Of a stretch of 64,000 bases of DNA, positions 39,511 through 53,200 are shown in pieces (within the stretch, counting starts at the first letter, position 1; the number at the start of each line of letters is the position of its first letter). The position numbers and the translations under genes are program-made. This DNA is from Epiperipatus broadwayi (taxonomy: Eukaryota; Animalia; Onychophora). The notes under the pieces were generated by a model. The model did not search any database. It was not told the DNA's origin and saw nothing but the letters and a program-made list of their open reading frames with translations. The DNA lies in assembly GCA_028023455.1 (NCBI GenBank), contig JAQFVV010000006.1, positions 18,414,001-18,478,000 of the forward strand. Direction: 5' to 3'.

Positions 39511-42500
39511 ATATATATGAAATCTTATAATTGATTATTAATATTCAGTTACAAGAGTACATATATAACTTTGAAGAAATACAGCCATTAAATAAGAATA
39601 TCATTACACACACATATATATATATATTGTAATCTTATATTTTGGTATAAAATATAAATAGCTTGGTAGAACTAGTAAAAATTTCTCTAACTTCTTCCAG
39701 ATGATTTGATTATCATGGCTGGCATTTAGTACGCTTGTCCCTTATGTTTAAATTTATTGAACAGTAAGATTATATAATTTTTTTTTATTGTATTTCCCAT
39801 TCTTCTCTTTCTTTCATATGCTCTGTCTCCAAACACTAAGTCAGATAAACTGTGCATAACCTAAAGGTGAAAACCAACATCATATTACATCAAGTATAGT
39901 GAGATAAATAAAAAAAACAAATAATTATTATTTGTTTTTCTCTTTAAATAATCCTAAAGATTATTTTAGTTTAATTGAAAGATTTATTTAATTTCTTTTA
40001 AATTAATTTATAGGATATGATACGATAAACACATTTTTTTTCTTTTTTTTCATTTTCATTTTTTTAAAACAGATATGCAAATGAGAAGAAATTTAATTGG
40101 CTAATAAAAAAATTAAAACTCCCAGAGAGATTTTTTTTTGAGAACTGCTGTAAGAACAGCAAGTGCATAATAAAAAATAAAAATTTATTTTTATTTTCTT
40201 TTACTGTTAAACATATAATAAAAATGAAAATGAAAACTTCTCTTTTTTAAAAAAAGGAGGGAATGTAAAGATAAAGATGGAAGTTAAATTAAAACTTCTC
40301 TTAAATAATTTAAGTTGCAACATTGTCAAGTACAAAATGTATAGCCAAATCCTAACAAATCTATTCGAGTCCCAACCATTAGCCTAGCTCCTGATAATCT
40401 TCCACAAGATTTACAACTGAAATGCACAAAAATTATTGTTGACTGGACACTAGAAAGGTCAGTCTCCTTGAAATTTCTTATTGTTTACAAACTATCTTTA
40501 ACCTTGGATGAAATTTTATCTCCATAAAAGCTTTAATATATGATGTTATATATGTGTGAATGAAGTATTATATTTAACCCAGGATAAGTTTACTTGCATG
40601 AACTTTAACACATAAGGGAATGTTGTTTATGTGCGAAATGAAATGATGTATTTAGTTTGGGATATCATGTTTCACTTATGGCTCTAACACCTCTAGTAAT
40701 ATTATATATATGCGGAATAAAATGCTGTCTTAATATTTTGTACGCTAGTGTCTGAACGAAGAAGAATTAATTATAATCCCACTTTAAACTTATATTAGAA
40801 ACAACATTGTGAGTTATTTTCTTGAAATTACAGTAGTGTTCAAAGAAATAACAGCCTGACCAGGAAACTATTTTAGCAGTTATAGTACTTGTGAGGCAAT
40901 TACTTGTTTTAACAATCATTCTTTGTTCCTGAGATTCATAAATTAAAGATAGTAAAACATTTCAATTTCGGAATAATCCCTAAAACAAAACCATGCAATT
41001 TCATTAACTTTCGAGGATAATTTGATGTAATTATCTATGCTAACTCTCAAATATCACTGATTCTCAGAAAACCTATGTACAAATCAACTAACTTATGGAT
41101 ATTCCTTATAAATGGAGATGAAGAAGTGTATAAGCAACTTTTAAGATTCTATGTTGTTGTTTTTTTAAAAAAAGAGAAATATTTATTTGAATTACATTTG
41201 TCATTAAGTTTAAGAAATGTTCTATTAATTGATTGGCTAATAGCCCATTGATTTAAATAACATGTATTTGAACCTAGTGTAATAATTTAATGAACATGAA
41301 TTTTATGTTTCATTGTATTTTATGTTATCTTGTAAATATGTAAAGTTCATGGTATATATAATTTATTGTGTAAAATAATTACTTGTTAATTTAGGTGTAG
41401 AGTCTAATGAGAGTCAATTTAGGGAACAGCGTTTGCGGAAGGGTCTCATGATTCGTACAATGAATCTATAACATATCATTATCACATGGCTTAATTCTGT
41501 ACATCTTTCTAGTATTGGTGTGCTTTACACATGTCATAATATTAGGTAACATTCTTTCATACCATTTGGTCTATGGTTGGTGTTAGCTTGATTGTTTTCT
41601 GTAATACAGTTTTATTACATCTTTTGGTCTTGGATTACACTTGTAAAACAGCATTTGCCTTCCAATTTAGTAGATTAATGAGGGTGATTTGTTTCTGATT
41701 TATCTGGGAAGTAGGTGTTCATATTATATTCTTTATATCATTCTGTGTTGGTGGTTAGTCCATAAAATAATTATTACTATTGGTTTATATATCTTTTAAG
41801 TTTGTTTCAATGCTGATGATTAATCCATTGAACATTCTGCAATTACGCTAGTTACTCTAGTAATGGTTAGAAAACCCACAGGGTACTTACTCCTTGTTAT
41901 TCCTTGCACAGATGAATTCACCTACAGGTATATTATTGATCCTCATTATGCAAATGTATGTTCGAGTAGAGTCTCCATACATTGTAAAACTTACATTGTT
42001 TCACTTTTCTTAATATTTGTTGCATGTGTTCTAAAAAATCAGTCATAAAAGGGCATTAAGTGAATTATGGTCACAATTTATTATAGGCAAATTATATGGT
42101 ATTCCAACTCAGCTGAGGTGGAATTTAAATTTTCTTTTGATTTCATATCTTATTGTAGTCAAATTTCATAGGTTTATCGATTCCAATTGTTGTATTGTTA
42201 TTATAGTTTTGGTATAAATCCATTGATTCTGGTTTTGATGTGGAGGTGCCATTGTCTGAATTTGAATCTTTCTCGTCCCCATAAGAATAAAAATCAATAC
42301 ATTTGTATTAAATTTTTAGATTGTATTATCTGAAACTCATGCACATATCCATGCATAGAAATAAGTACATGTTATAGTATTTTATTTTGTTTATTTACTT
42401 ACCCAATTAATGTACATTGTCCATGTAGAACAATTATATGTGATGTTATTTTATATTATTTATGGTTTATATAAAATTATGAATATTGTTAACCAATTAC

Positions 42501-42684
42501 TATTTTCATATTTATTGAGTCATAAATAAATGTTAATTTGATAACCTAACTTATTTGTTTCATTGCTATTAGTAACATATAGAATCAGAAATCCAACACA
42601 GTAAATAGATTATAAATAATAGAGCACATTCAGAGAGTATTTTAATGTTTATTCTTGGGTATTTTGTGTTGTATAAGATATAAT

Positions 42685-42850
42685 GGCTGCAGAAAGGAGT
42701 TTGCTATTAACTGAAAGGAGACCCTTTGATTCCTCTTGGAGGCCTTAAAGGAACCGAGCAGGGCAAATTTCTAATGTCCATTCCATACGTTCTTGTCGTT
42801 GCAGCTGTTATTACTATGTGATTATTCATATAGTATACGAACATGGATGG
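42685..42850 (+). ncRNA. HDV/CPEB3-like self-cleaving ribozyme at the RTE 5' end
   Basis: P1 GGCUGCA (42685-91) pairs with UGCAGCU (42800-06). P2 CCAUUCCAU (42778-86, one bulged U) pairs with AUGGAUGG (42843-50). P3 is ACG/CGU around L3 UUCUUGU, followed by GU. P4 is the hairpin 42809-37. J4/2 is CGAA with the putative catalytic C at 42838. G1 coincides with the TSD-defined element start. Confidence 0.8.
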
Positions 42851-45800
42851 GCTGCTCACCAACACGCATTAGCCAGCGTGGTGAGTTTATTGGCTTTTTA
42901 CCTCTGAGTTTAAGATCAAGAAACACCATGGTCTTTCTTCTCAGTGCCTGATAAGGCAGAATGAATGTTTGTGTAAATGATAAATATTTTTCCAATACAT
43001 ATATACAATTATGACAAGCAAAAATAAAGCATGGCCCTTATTCCCAGGAGGCTGTAAAGTCACCAACCAAGGCAGCGGTTGGTGGCCAAAGGCGGAGGGT
43101 GCTAAGAATCCCCTGATTGTGGACCCAGGCTGCCATTTGATGATGACTTTTTATTTAGGTACTTACAACTGCAGATCACTTTCAAGTGAAGGAAGATTGC
43201 AAGAATTAGAAGAAGAATTGTCTTATATTAAATGGGACATTATTGGACTTTGTGAAGTTAGAAGAAAAGGTGAAGAAACAATTGATTTAAAAAGTGGACA
43301 TATACTCTATTATAAAGGCACACATATTGGAAATACAAGTGGAGTAGGATTCATTATAAATAAAAAGTGGAAGAACAATATTGTGGAGATTGATGGTGTA
43401 TCGGACAGAGTTGCAAGATTAGTTATACAACTTAATAGCAGATACCAAATGCAGATAATTCAGGTTTATGCCCCTACAAGTTCTCATAGTGATGAAGTAG
43501 TAGAAGATTTTTATATGGATGTACAAAAGGCTTTTGATCAGAGTAAACAACATTTTTAAAATTGTTATGGGAGACTTTAATGCTAGAATTGGTAGACAAA
43601 TGAAAGATGAAATTGCTGTAGGTAATTTTGGTTATGGTAATAGAAATGAGAGAGGACATAGACTTGTGGAGTTTGCGGAAAAAGAAAAACTTTATATTAT
43701 GAATTCATTTTTTGAGAAAAATGTTAAAAGGAAATGGACATGGAAGCATCCAAATGAAGGCACAGCAGAATTGGATTATATTTTGACTAACAGGAAATAC
43801 ATATTTCAAGATTGTAATGTTCTTAATAAATTTAACACAGGAAGTGATCATCGATTAGTAAGGTGTAAGTTACGTGTTAATGTAAAACTAGAGAGACAAA
43901 AATTATTGAGAAAAACAATATTTACAGTTGATATTCCTAATCTTCAGAAACATTCTAATGAATTTAAATTAGAACTTACAAATAGGTTTCAAGTGTTAGG
44001 AGATTTTGAACATGATTCAGATTTGAATGAAATTAATATGAAAATAACTGATACACTTTTAAAAACTGCAACAAAGATAGCTGGTAGAAAAAAGCAGCAA
44101 TTGACTAATAAAATTTCTACTGAGACTAGAGAATTTATGAAGAAAAGAAGGAATATGAAGATATACAAAAATGATGTATTAAAAAGAATTGAATATCTCG
44201 AATTTTGTAAAATGGTACGGAAAAAAGTTGAAAATGATATAAGAAAGTATAACTGTGAAATAGCAAGGAAAGCTGTAGAAGAAAATAAAAGTCTCAAGAA
44301 TGTTAAACAACATATTGGTATTGGTAGGAAATTTATATCTGCAATAAGAAAAAAAGATGGAATTATTACTAAAAAGAGAGATGACATCATGAAATTGGTA
44401 GAAAATTTTTATCAAGAATTATATAGTAATAAAGAACAAGTACCCCCTATATCTATTACATCTTCCAAATTGCCCAGAATTTTAAATGAAGAAGTGAGAC
44501 ATGCAATTAAATGTATGAAGAAAGGAAAGGCTCCAGGAAATGATGGAATTATAATTGATATATTAAAAGAAGGAGGTGAAGAAATAGAAACAATTTTAGC
44601 AAAGTTATATACCAAATGTCTAAATGATAAAGATGTACTGGAAGATTGGAAAAATGCAGTAATAATATTAATATTTAAAAAAGGTGATAAAGAAGATATT
44701 AGAAATTACAGACCTATCAGCCTTTTATCAGTTTTATATAAAAATTTTACCAAGATAATTACAACTCGTCTACAGAGAACTTTGGATTTCCACCAACCAA
44801 GAGAACAAGCTGGATTTAAAAGTGGTTTTAGTACAATAGATCATATCCAGGTATTGAGAGAAGTCATAGAAAGGACAAATGAATATGAGTTGTCATTATG
44901 TTTTGAATTTGTAGATTATGAAAAGGCATTTGATTCTATACACATTTCTTCAGTGATTAAAGCATTGTATCATCAAGGTATAAATCCAGGATATTGTCAT
45001 ATTTTAAAGAATATTTATAAAAATGCAACAGCAACAATTAGATTACATAATGATACTGGAAAAATCAACATTGAGAAAGATGTAAGGCAAGGTGACTCCA
45101 TATCTCCAAAACTTTTTACAGCAGTGCTACAAGAAGTATTTTGTGGATTAAAATGGGACACTAAAGGAATGAAAGTAAATGGAGAGTATTTAAGTCATTT
45201 AGATTTTGCAGATGATGTAGTTGTTTTTGCAAATAATGCTTCAGAGCTGCAGGAAAGTTGCAGGAGTTAGCAGATGAAAGTAGAAAAGTAGGACTAAAGA
45301 TAAATGTTAAAAAGACTAAAGTAATGTTTAATCGATTTGCTCAAAATATGAAAATAAAGATTGATTATGAAGAATTAGAAGAAGTTAACAGTTACAAATA
45401 CCTAGGTCAGATTATTAATACAGATGGAAACATAATGGAGGAAATTAATCATAGAATTAAACTTGGTTGGAGTGCTTTTGGTAGAAATAACTTGATACTA
45501 AAAGGAAATATGCCTATGTGTTTGAAAAGAATGGTTTTTAACAAATGTGTTTTACCAGTTCTTACTTATGGATCTGAGACTTGGACACTTAATAGAAGAG
45601 CAATACAGAGACTTCAGACCACTCAAAGGAGTATGGAGGGATGTATGTTGGGAGTAACAAGAAGAGATCGAAAACGCAATGTATGGGTAAGACAACAAAC
45701 AGGTGTTACTGACCTTATTGAAAAAATTAAAAGATTGAAATGGAGTTGGGCTGGACATATTGCTAGAAGAAATGATAATAGATGGACAATTGAAATTTTA

Positions 45801-45981
45801 AACTGGATTCCAAGAGATTGTAAAAGACCCAGAAAGAGAAGATGGATGGATGAAATAAGAAAATGTGCAGGGGTGTTGTGGAAAAGAGAAGCTAAAGATC
45901 GGAGAAGATGGATTAAACTTGGAGAGACCTTCATCCTGCAGTGGATTGATAATGGTTGAAGGTGATGATGATGATGATGAT
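42685..45981 (+). mobile_element. Full-length RTE-clade LINE (APE endonuclease + RT), (GAT)n tail, 8-bp TSD
   Basis: ORFs 43011-43559, 43519-45270 and 45258-45959 form one frameshifted protein: GTYNCRSL, QVYAPT, VMGDFNA, SDHRL, YRPISLL, EQAGF, DYEKAFD, RQGDSISP, FADD, YGSETW. TSD GATATAAT at 42677-42684 and 45982-45989. Confidence 0.95.
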
Positions 45982-46769
45982 GATATAATAAAATCCCATT
46001 TACCGTCTGCCTCACTGCTGCTTTGTCAATTCTGGAGTATATCCAGAATCTGTTACCTCTTTTGATATTCGCGACATTAGTACCTAAATTAATAATAAAT
46101 TTGCTAGCCAGTAAAACAATTGAACCTATTTTCTAAAATTATAACAGATGCTTTCCCTAAGAGTTTCATTGCTGTTGATTTAATTTAATATTTGGGTTAA
46201 TGAAGATATAACTTAAAATTCAGATTGTTTATCTTCCGTTGCAAAACATTTGCTCTATATAGCATTTCTGTACTTTAAACCTGAATACATGAGGAGCTAC
46301 CATTAATGATGTTACGGAGCATTATCTGATTCAATGTCCTGTATTCACCATGTAATGATTAGCGGTTTCATAAATTATATCACCTTGTCTATGGTCTGTC
46401 ATCAGATATTAAATAACAGTGTAAATTAAGATCATAGTATGGTTTTAAGAAACAGTCATCGAAAAAATAATTATAAATCATAAATTAAGATTTGAGAATG
46501 TTGTTTGAAATCCAGTAATTAAGGAGAATTTTAGTTAATTAAAAGAATAATACAATCAAGTTAGGTAACTTGACATACCTTTAAGTAATGCTGCAATTAG
46601 CCTTTGCAGTGTACCCTGGCTGTGACCGGATTGTATGGTAATAGCTGTGTATTGTATTATTAATTTAGACTGTTACAATCTGGGGTAAAATGCTTTTCGG
46701 TTACAATATATATAAATAATAAATATAACTTTTAAATATATTGGTAAGCTGTTACAAGAGTTTTTAGGA

Positions 46770-47960
46770 TTTGAAGAAAATACTATTGCTTTTTTTTCAT
46801 TTTGTAAATAATGAGAATGGTGTTATTGCTTCATTAAATATGACAGAAATGTATGATTCTATTGATAGAGTGGACTCCATAAAAATAGTTGAACATGCAT
46901 TTGTAAATAATGGTATTAGTAAATATGTGATAAAATTTGTTATTGATTCTTAAAATTTTTTGTTGATAATATTGTTGCTTCTTTTAAAGGTGAATATTAT
47001 AAAGTTGGCCTATGGATCTGCCTGTTGTTGCACAAGTTTGCAATTTTGACTACATCTCAGAGTAGTATTTTAGATATGTATGTTTTTAAAGATATTAAAA
47101 TTTTCAAAAAATGTGTGGATCATGTTTTTGTTTGTTGAATTTGAATGGCTTGAAATGGACTATTGAAAAGGAAGAGGACAAAAGTATTAAGTATTTTGAT
47201 TTAATTATTACAAGAGATAATAGTATTTTAAGTAATAAATTAATAATCAAACCATTGCAAAAAAGGGGATATCTAAATTGTAAATCAAAAATATCAATTA
47301 TGCATAAGATGAAAAGTTTTAGATCTTTTTTGTTTCATAATGAAAAATTATGTCTTGAGATATTTGCTAAGGAATTGCTTGAAGTTGTTTATAAGATTGA
47401 ACAAATTAACAATACTTTATGTCAATTTAAAAAGAGTTAGAATGATTTAAAGGAACTGAAGATTGATAATAAAAAATGGATATCCATTCCATATATTTCA
47501 AATGGTCAAGTGAAATTTTTTAAGGATATATATATAAGAATGTGTTAAATATGTCATTTTCTGTTACAAATAATGTTTATAAGTTAGTAAATAATTCTAA
47601 AAATGTCATACCTGATAAGCAGAAAAGTAATGTGTGTATCAAATTTTTTTGTGGATGTATGTTATCATACATAGGTGAATTGAGGTGCAGTATTGAAAAA
47701 AGATTAGAGGAGTATAAAGTGTTATACAAGCATGTGAAAAGTAAAAATAATAATGATTTAATGACTGCTTCAGTTTGTATATTTAGATGGATTAGCACTT
47801 AGTTTGTGCATCCAAATAATGTTTAAACAATTGCCCAAGCTGGCAAAGGCTCCTCACTGACGAAGGCCACAAGCCAGAAACTAGTCTGGGGATATTGGAT
47901 GAGTAGGCACTAGATGAGGATTTTATGCACAAGCCATATGGCATCCATTGGTTACTCTAG
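46770..47960 (+). mobile_element. PLE RT-GIY-YIG relic followed by a family A hammerhead segment
   Basis: Motifs: IASLNMTEMYDSI; TIEKEEDKSIKYFDLIITR..KP...YLN; SIPY; KSNVCIKFFCGCMLSYIGELRCSIEKRLEEY. Bases 47845-47960 match the 34.9-35.05 kb arm. Confidence 0.75.
47852..47891 (+). ncRNA. Minimal hammerhead ribozyme, family A, core intact
   Basis: CCUCA CUGACGA A GGC-CACAA-GCC A GAAA CUAG UC UGGGG, predicted cut after 47886. Confidence 0.75.
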
Positions 47961-48099
47961 TTGGCACAGGATGGCACTACTGTATGGAGAGTTTTGCCTG
48001 TTTTATAAATCATTCCACAATCAGCTTGCTGGTTATTCCCAGATATCAAGAATATAATCAGTTTAATTCTTAATAAGTACATCCAATGATATTTATGCT

Positions 48100-48560
48100 A
48101 GGAATTCAGTTCCTAATAAATATATTTGTAATAAAAGATATTGAATTCATCAAAAAATTGTCAGTTGTTTTATTTCTTCCCCAAATCCATTCTGAACAAC
48201 AACTTTTTTTCTCTTTCCATCTTTGACATTCCAGTCATTGGGCACTAAAAATATATCTTGATTAACAATCTTTATCAAGTTCTGTCTGCAGCTATAGCAA
48301 AACTTATCAATTTCTTTTTCACTTGATTGATTTTGTTTAAGCATGCAGTTTATATTATAGTAATGTTGGATGAGTTTTCATCAAATCAAATTGATTTTGT
48401 TTTTCACAGTGACATCTATTTTTTTCATTGCTTCCCGGTTGTTCTCTTGATTTAAAATCTTCCATTTCATTTTTTATTACTTAAGTAATTACTAAGATAT
48501 CAGTGTATAAGTAATTCACATCTTTCTTGATCATATCAATATTTTTTTTTTTATGTTTTC
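48100..48560 (-). mobile_element. Decayed RTE-like endonuclease fragment
   Basis: IFLVPNDWNVKDGKRKKVVVQNGFGEE resembles xGDWNAKVG...GxFGLG. Confidence 0.45.
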
Positions 48561-49996
48561 TTTCCTACATTCATCTGCAACTAAAATGCTGAATTAGATT
48601 TAGATAATTGCAAAACCTTTTGAAAAATATGAATTATTACTCAACCTTTAGATCTATATGGATTCTATTCAAACACCATAATTAAGTTTCATTTTGCCTT
48701 TACTATTCAAGTTTTCAAAATAATATAGATTTCTTATTATCATACAGTTTGAAATGATATTTAGACATTGACATAATTGTCCATCCTATATAAATATTAG
48801 TATTGAAATTAGAAAGAAGTATCAATTTTTTATAATGAAGAGAAAAAAAATCCAAGAGAAAAGAAAAGTAAAATAATAAAGAAAAAATAAATGATACAAT
48901 TCCTGCTTATGAATATAGTTAGAGAAGGAAATGGGAAACTAAGTAGATTTCATTATAAGATAGAATAATCAATAAAGGAACAATATTGTACTTAACTCCT
49001 TTTCCTCTCATTTGCTTTTCCTTAATGGGTACCATTATTTTGTTTATATAACTGATTTGGCAAATGAGAGAGGATATAGTGATGTATAATATGTTCATAT
49101 TTATTGATTATACTATTTTATCTTAAATAAGTGATATATTTAATTCCATATGTCTTTCTTTACCAGTTTTCATAAGAAGAGTTTGTGGAATTTTTATTAT
49201 TATTATTATTTATTTTACTTTGCTTCTTCTCTTTATTAAGTAATCCAATGGTTTCTGGTGTTAAAACCTTTTATGAATTCTCCAACATTAAATCATTTAG
49301 TTGCTCTTCTCTTAGAGTAATTACTTATCTCATGAGAACTCAAATACCATAAAACTGTCTTCAGACGAATTATGACTTTTCTTTCATGTGGAAGATAACC
49401 ATTATATCTTGCAGGCCACATATGTTTGTGCTTGTTTGTTTCTTTAAGCCCCATCTTTTCATAAACCAGCAAGGTATTTTTTAAATTCATTGTCTCATAA
49501 CATATTCCTTTTTTTAAATATTTTTTCATCTTTTATGCATCCATTTAATAATTGCCTCAGTTATTGATTATTTTCTTCTTCTTTTGTTGTTTGATACTTA
49601 TATATTCTTTTATTTTTTATAAAGTCACTAAAAGCATTTTAGTCTCATCTATTGAATTATTTTTTCTCTGTTGTTTTGATCTTAATTTATTGTCATTTTT
49701 GTTTATATTTTTTCTAAATATAATACCTATTATTCCAATAGCTACTATTTACTGGTTTTAGTTGATAAAAATTGACATAAACAAATAATCTTCCTGTGAA
49801 AGTAAGAGAAAATGTGAAATTGTATTTTAATTTGAAAACTTTTTTTTTTTTGTGGAAGTAAAATACAAAATTTTACTAATAAAAACACACATTGATATAT
49901 GGTTTTAAATAATAAATAAAATATATTCTATATCTAATGCTTTGAGTTTTTTTTGGATCTAATACACCTTTTTTATACTCATTTTTGTACCAGTAA

Positions 49997-50353
49997 GCTA
50001 CCAGCCTGAAATTAAAAAACCTGTTAATATTTCGAATTTAAGCCAACTTATATATATTCTGGCACTAGTTTAATATATATATTCTGGTCTTCTTCAGTTT
50101 TTTTATTATATTCTTTAATTAGGATTAGTATATCAATTCTTTATCCAATTGTATTCCCACTGATGAAAGCCTTAAGCCAGAAACTAGCCTGAAAATATTG
50201 ATAGAGCAAAGAGTTTCATTTACCAATCTTGATTAAAAGTTGAGTAACATCAAAATATAGAGATACCAAAGCAGTATCAGATCTATATAAGTTTACCAAC
50301 AACTTGACTTGGATTCAAAATATTAAGACATTTTTGAATCTCAGACTAGTAGC
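49997..50353. mobile_element. Inverted-repeat relic of family A enclosing a decayed + strand hammerhead (50155-50195)
   Basis: 49997-50049 is inverted to 50301-50353. The internal UUCCCA CUGAUGA AAGC-CUUAA-GCC A GAAA CUAG CC has lost U16.1. Confidence 0.55.
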
Positions 50354-51654
50354 TTGACCATATAAGAAAAAGTAATAAATGACTGCCGAGTGAAAGGTAT
50401 ATTAAATTGAAGAAAGTCTCTTGTGTCATTCTGTTATTCTTTATATATATATATTTTTTAGAAGCGATGTGTGTTTTTTTTTTTTCTATATCAATTCATT
50501 CTTGAGTCTTCCATATTTTTTTTTTTTGCTGATATTCACTTAATTGCCTGCTTTAGTAAACATTTCATTGCACATAACATACTCCATTCATTATTTTAAA
50601 GATTGTTTTATATATTCCAATTGTCATTTAATATCATTTTTATTTATTGCTTATGATATTCTCTAGTAACAATTAAAAAAAAAAATTACTTTAATACATG
50701 CAACTCCTCATTTTCCACCCAGAATCTTGCAGAATTTTTCAGTTTAGAAAACAGATTTAATATGTTTTTTTCCAGATACCTAGACTATAATCACCAGGTC
50801 AATCAAAAAAATAATCAATGCATTATTTACAAAAATAAACAATATGGTTACAAAAAAGTCATGTCCATGATTTTAAATTAAGTATAAATCCCATTGCAAA
50901 TGGCATCAATAATTATATGAGTCATCAGTGATCTGCTCTGACCATAAAATGTTCAGTCATATAAAAATCTGCTACGTCCTGTTTTATATAAATCTGCCAT
51001 AATGAATTATATTTTAAAAAAATAATAATTTAGATGGTTAAAGAATACAAATAATGCAGCATTATAACCATAACACTTATAATGAATAATTTATTAAATT
51101 CTTTTTAATTTAAGTAATTAAAGGGTGTTAAAGAATTTAACAAGTCCAATTGAGATGTTGAATAAAATTATCACTATCAACTACATTTTTATATGCAGTA
51201 GAAAAAGAAGATAGTTAAGCCTAGTTTGTTACACTATTTGAATAAATGTTGTATTTTGTCAGCAATAGAGTTTTGTTTTTTTGGCAATCTCATCATCATT
51301 AGTAGCCAGTCATGAAGAGGTATTGACATTCCAACTCCAGAAGAAATAAAGCCAAAGCTAAGGGAAAAAATTATGAATAAAATATTACGGCTGCTTTGCA
51401 TTAACAAATACTGCCATATTGATGATGTCCTTTTAACTTTTTCTGCAGCAAACAGCATATATATTTGTGCTTAAAAGATTTTTTTTTGCATTTGTGGGGA
51501 ACTAATCATGATTTCAAATCACATAGTTTTAAGCAAATGTTGTTGTGTTTAAACACCATTCTAGCTTTTAATTTCATTTTGCTTTATTACTTTTTTAGTA
51601 TAAAATTAGTGTGTTTAGATTTAAAGTATTGATTATGTATTAATATTTTTTCAG

Positions 51655-51715
51655 GAATGAATTATTTTTAAATAGTTTATCAGAACCATGTATGTTTATG
51701 ACTCCTTTGCAAAGG
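51655..51715 (+). CDS. Myo18a: Myosin XVIII exon
   Basis: ttttttcAG|G AAT GAA...CAA AGG|GTAAGT encodes (R)NELFLNSLSEPCMFMTPLQR. Phase 2 to 0 fits the previous exon, and it aligns with Myo18A [20 protein letters not shown]. Confidence 0.85.
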
Positions 51716-52049
51716 GTAAGTTTTTTTTTTTTTTATGGAAATTAATCTATTATTTATCAGTTGTTTTGATAAATGATACTATTAATTTATTTTGCTATTA
51801 GTTTAAAGTTATAGTTGTTGTTTTGTTTGTGAAAATATTTTTATTAGACTTTTACAGAATAAAAAACAATCTTAATAAATGTATAGTAAATTTTGAAAGA
51901 GCAGATTTACAGGCATTTGAAGAATGATGATTTGTAAATTTTTCGAAAACCTATGATTTGTAAGTTGTATACTACTTAAGATTTCAGTCATCAGAGTTTC
52001 TATTATCTATTATTGTTTATCTATTTTAAAATACTGGTGTGAATTATTT

Positions 52050-53200
52050 TCAGTCAGTATTGTTGCATTTTATCTCCATAATTAGGAAGCAAGTTGGATC
52101 ATATACTTGGAAATACAGTTCAGAAAGACAATAATTCCACTTCATTTTCAGTAAATATTATATCTTTTTGATCGTATATTTTCTGCTTTGCCATCCAAAA
52201 AAGATGTTAAGATACCAAATTTTTATGTAAATCATTGTGCATAATGAATGTAAATAGAATCACAATGCACGAACACTCTTATAACTGCCCAATATCTACA
52301 AATATTGTTCTCATTAGAGATCTAAATCTCAGACAAAACAATAACATCATAAAAGTCTGATGGAGGGCCTAAATATAAATTTAATTCATCAAAATGAGTC
52401 TGAATATTAATCTCTGCAATTAGGAAGCAAATTAGATTTATGTTTGTAAATGCAATTCAGAAAGACAATAATTCCATTTGTTTTTAATTAGGATATGGGA
52501 TGAAATAGTATCATTCTGACTTAGACCAAACTATTTTCAATAAATGTTATACTATTTTGAGCACATATTTTCTGCCTTGCTATCCAAAAAAAGATTTTAA
52601 ATAGCTCCTCCCTCCCACCTTAAAAATACATTGATATAATCTGCAGTTTCAATAGATTTTCTCTTTTGTAAAAACTATCTAGCAGTGTTACTAAGAAATA
52701 AAATGAATTGCAACTCAATCATTACTGTTAGAAAAACATTTAACTTCAAACTTATCCACAATTATGGAAGAATATCTTGTAATTTCTAAGTCCATTTGAA
52801 ATCTTTCCATAGCTTCAGTTTTGTTTTTCAGTGAAGAAATATCCATGTCATATGTTTTACCAGCAGTTGGCAAACAAATAATCTCTTAATTATTCCTGTC
52901 AATATTTTGATGCAAAATATCAAAAGCGGCCTGCATTTTCAAAATGATTTGTGTAACGGCTAATAAAGCATTGTAAATTACTGGCAATAATTCCAATTTA
53001 TTCATAATCTCTTGCAAAACTGAGTTTTATGAATCATCTAGTGCAATAGTAGAATTTAATTGCATATTAGAAGTAGAATAAGAATCTTTATGAAATAAAC
53101 ATTTCCAGGTTTGCCTTTTTTTAAAATGACATTCATCTATAAATATTCTCTGATTAGGTTGAGTAATTGCACCATGTTACTATTAACTCCTTGTCATGAG
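52050..53200 (-). mobile_element. Decayed L2/CR1-like LINE fragment with an internal direct duplication
   Basis: Minus-strand motifs MQAAFDILHQNI (KAFDxLxH) and YGIIVF. 52081-52215 is duplicated at ~52417-52605. Confidence 0.35.

Noticed and set aside
41350-42300. Retroelement gag/protease relic on the minus strand
   Set aside because: The composition looks coding-like, but no motif could be recognised with confidence.
46385-46430. Minus-strand CTGATGA...GAAAC hammerhead
   Set aside because: No stem II can form. The region more likely encodes a decayed PLE endonuclease tail (ETANHYMVNTGH), itself too weak to list as a feature.
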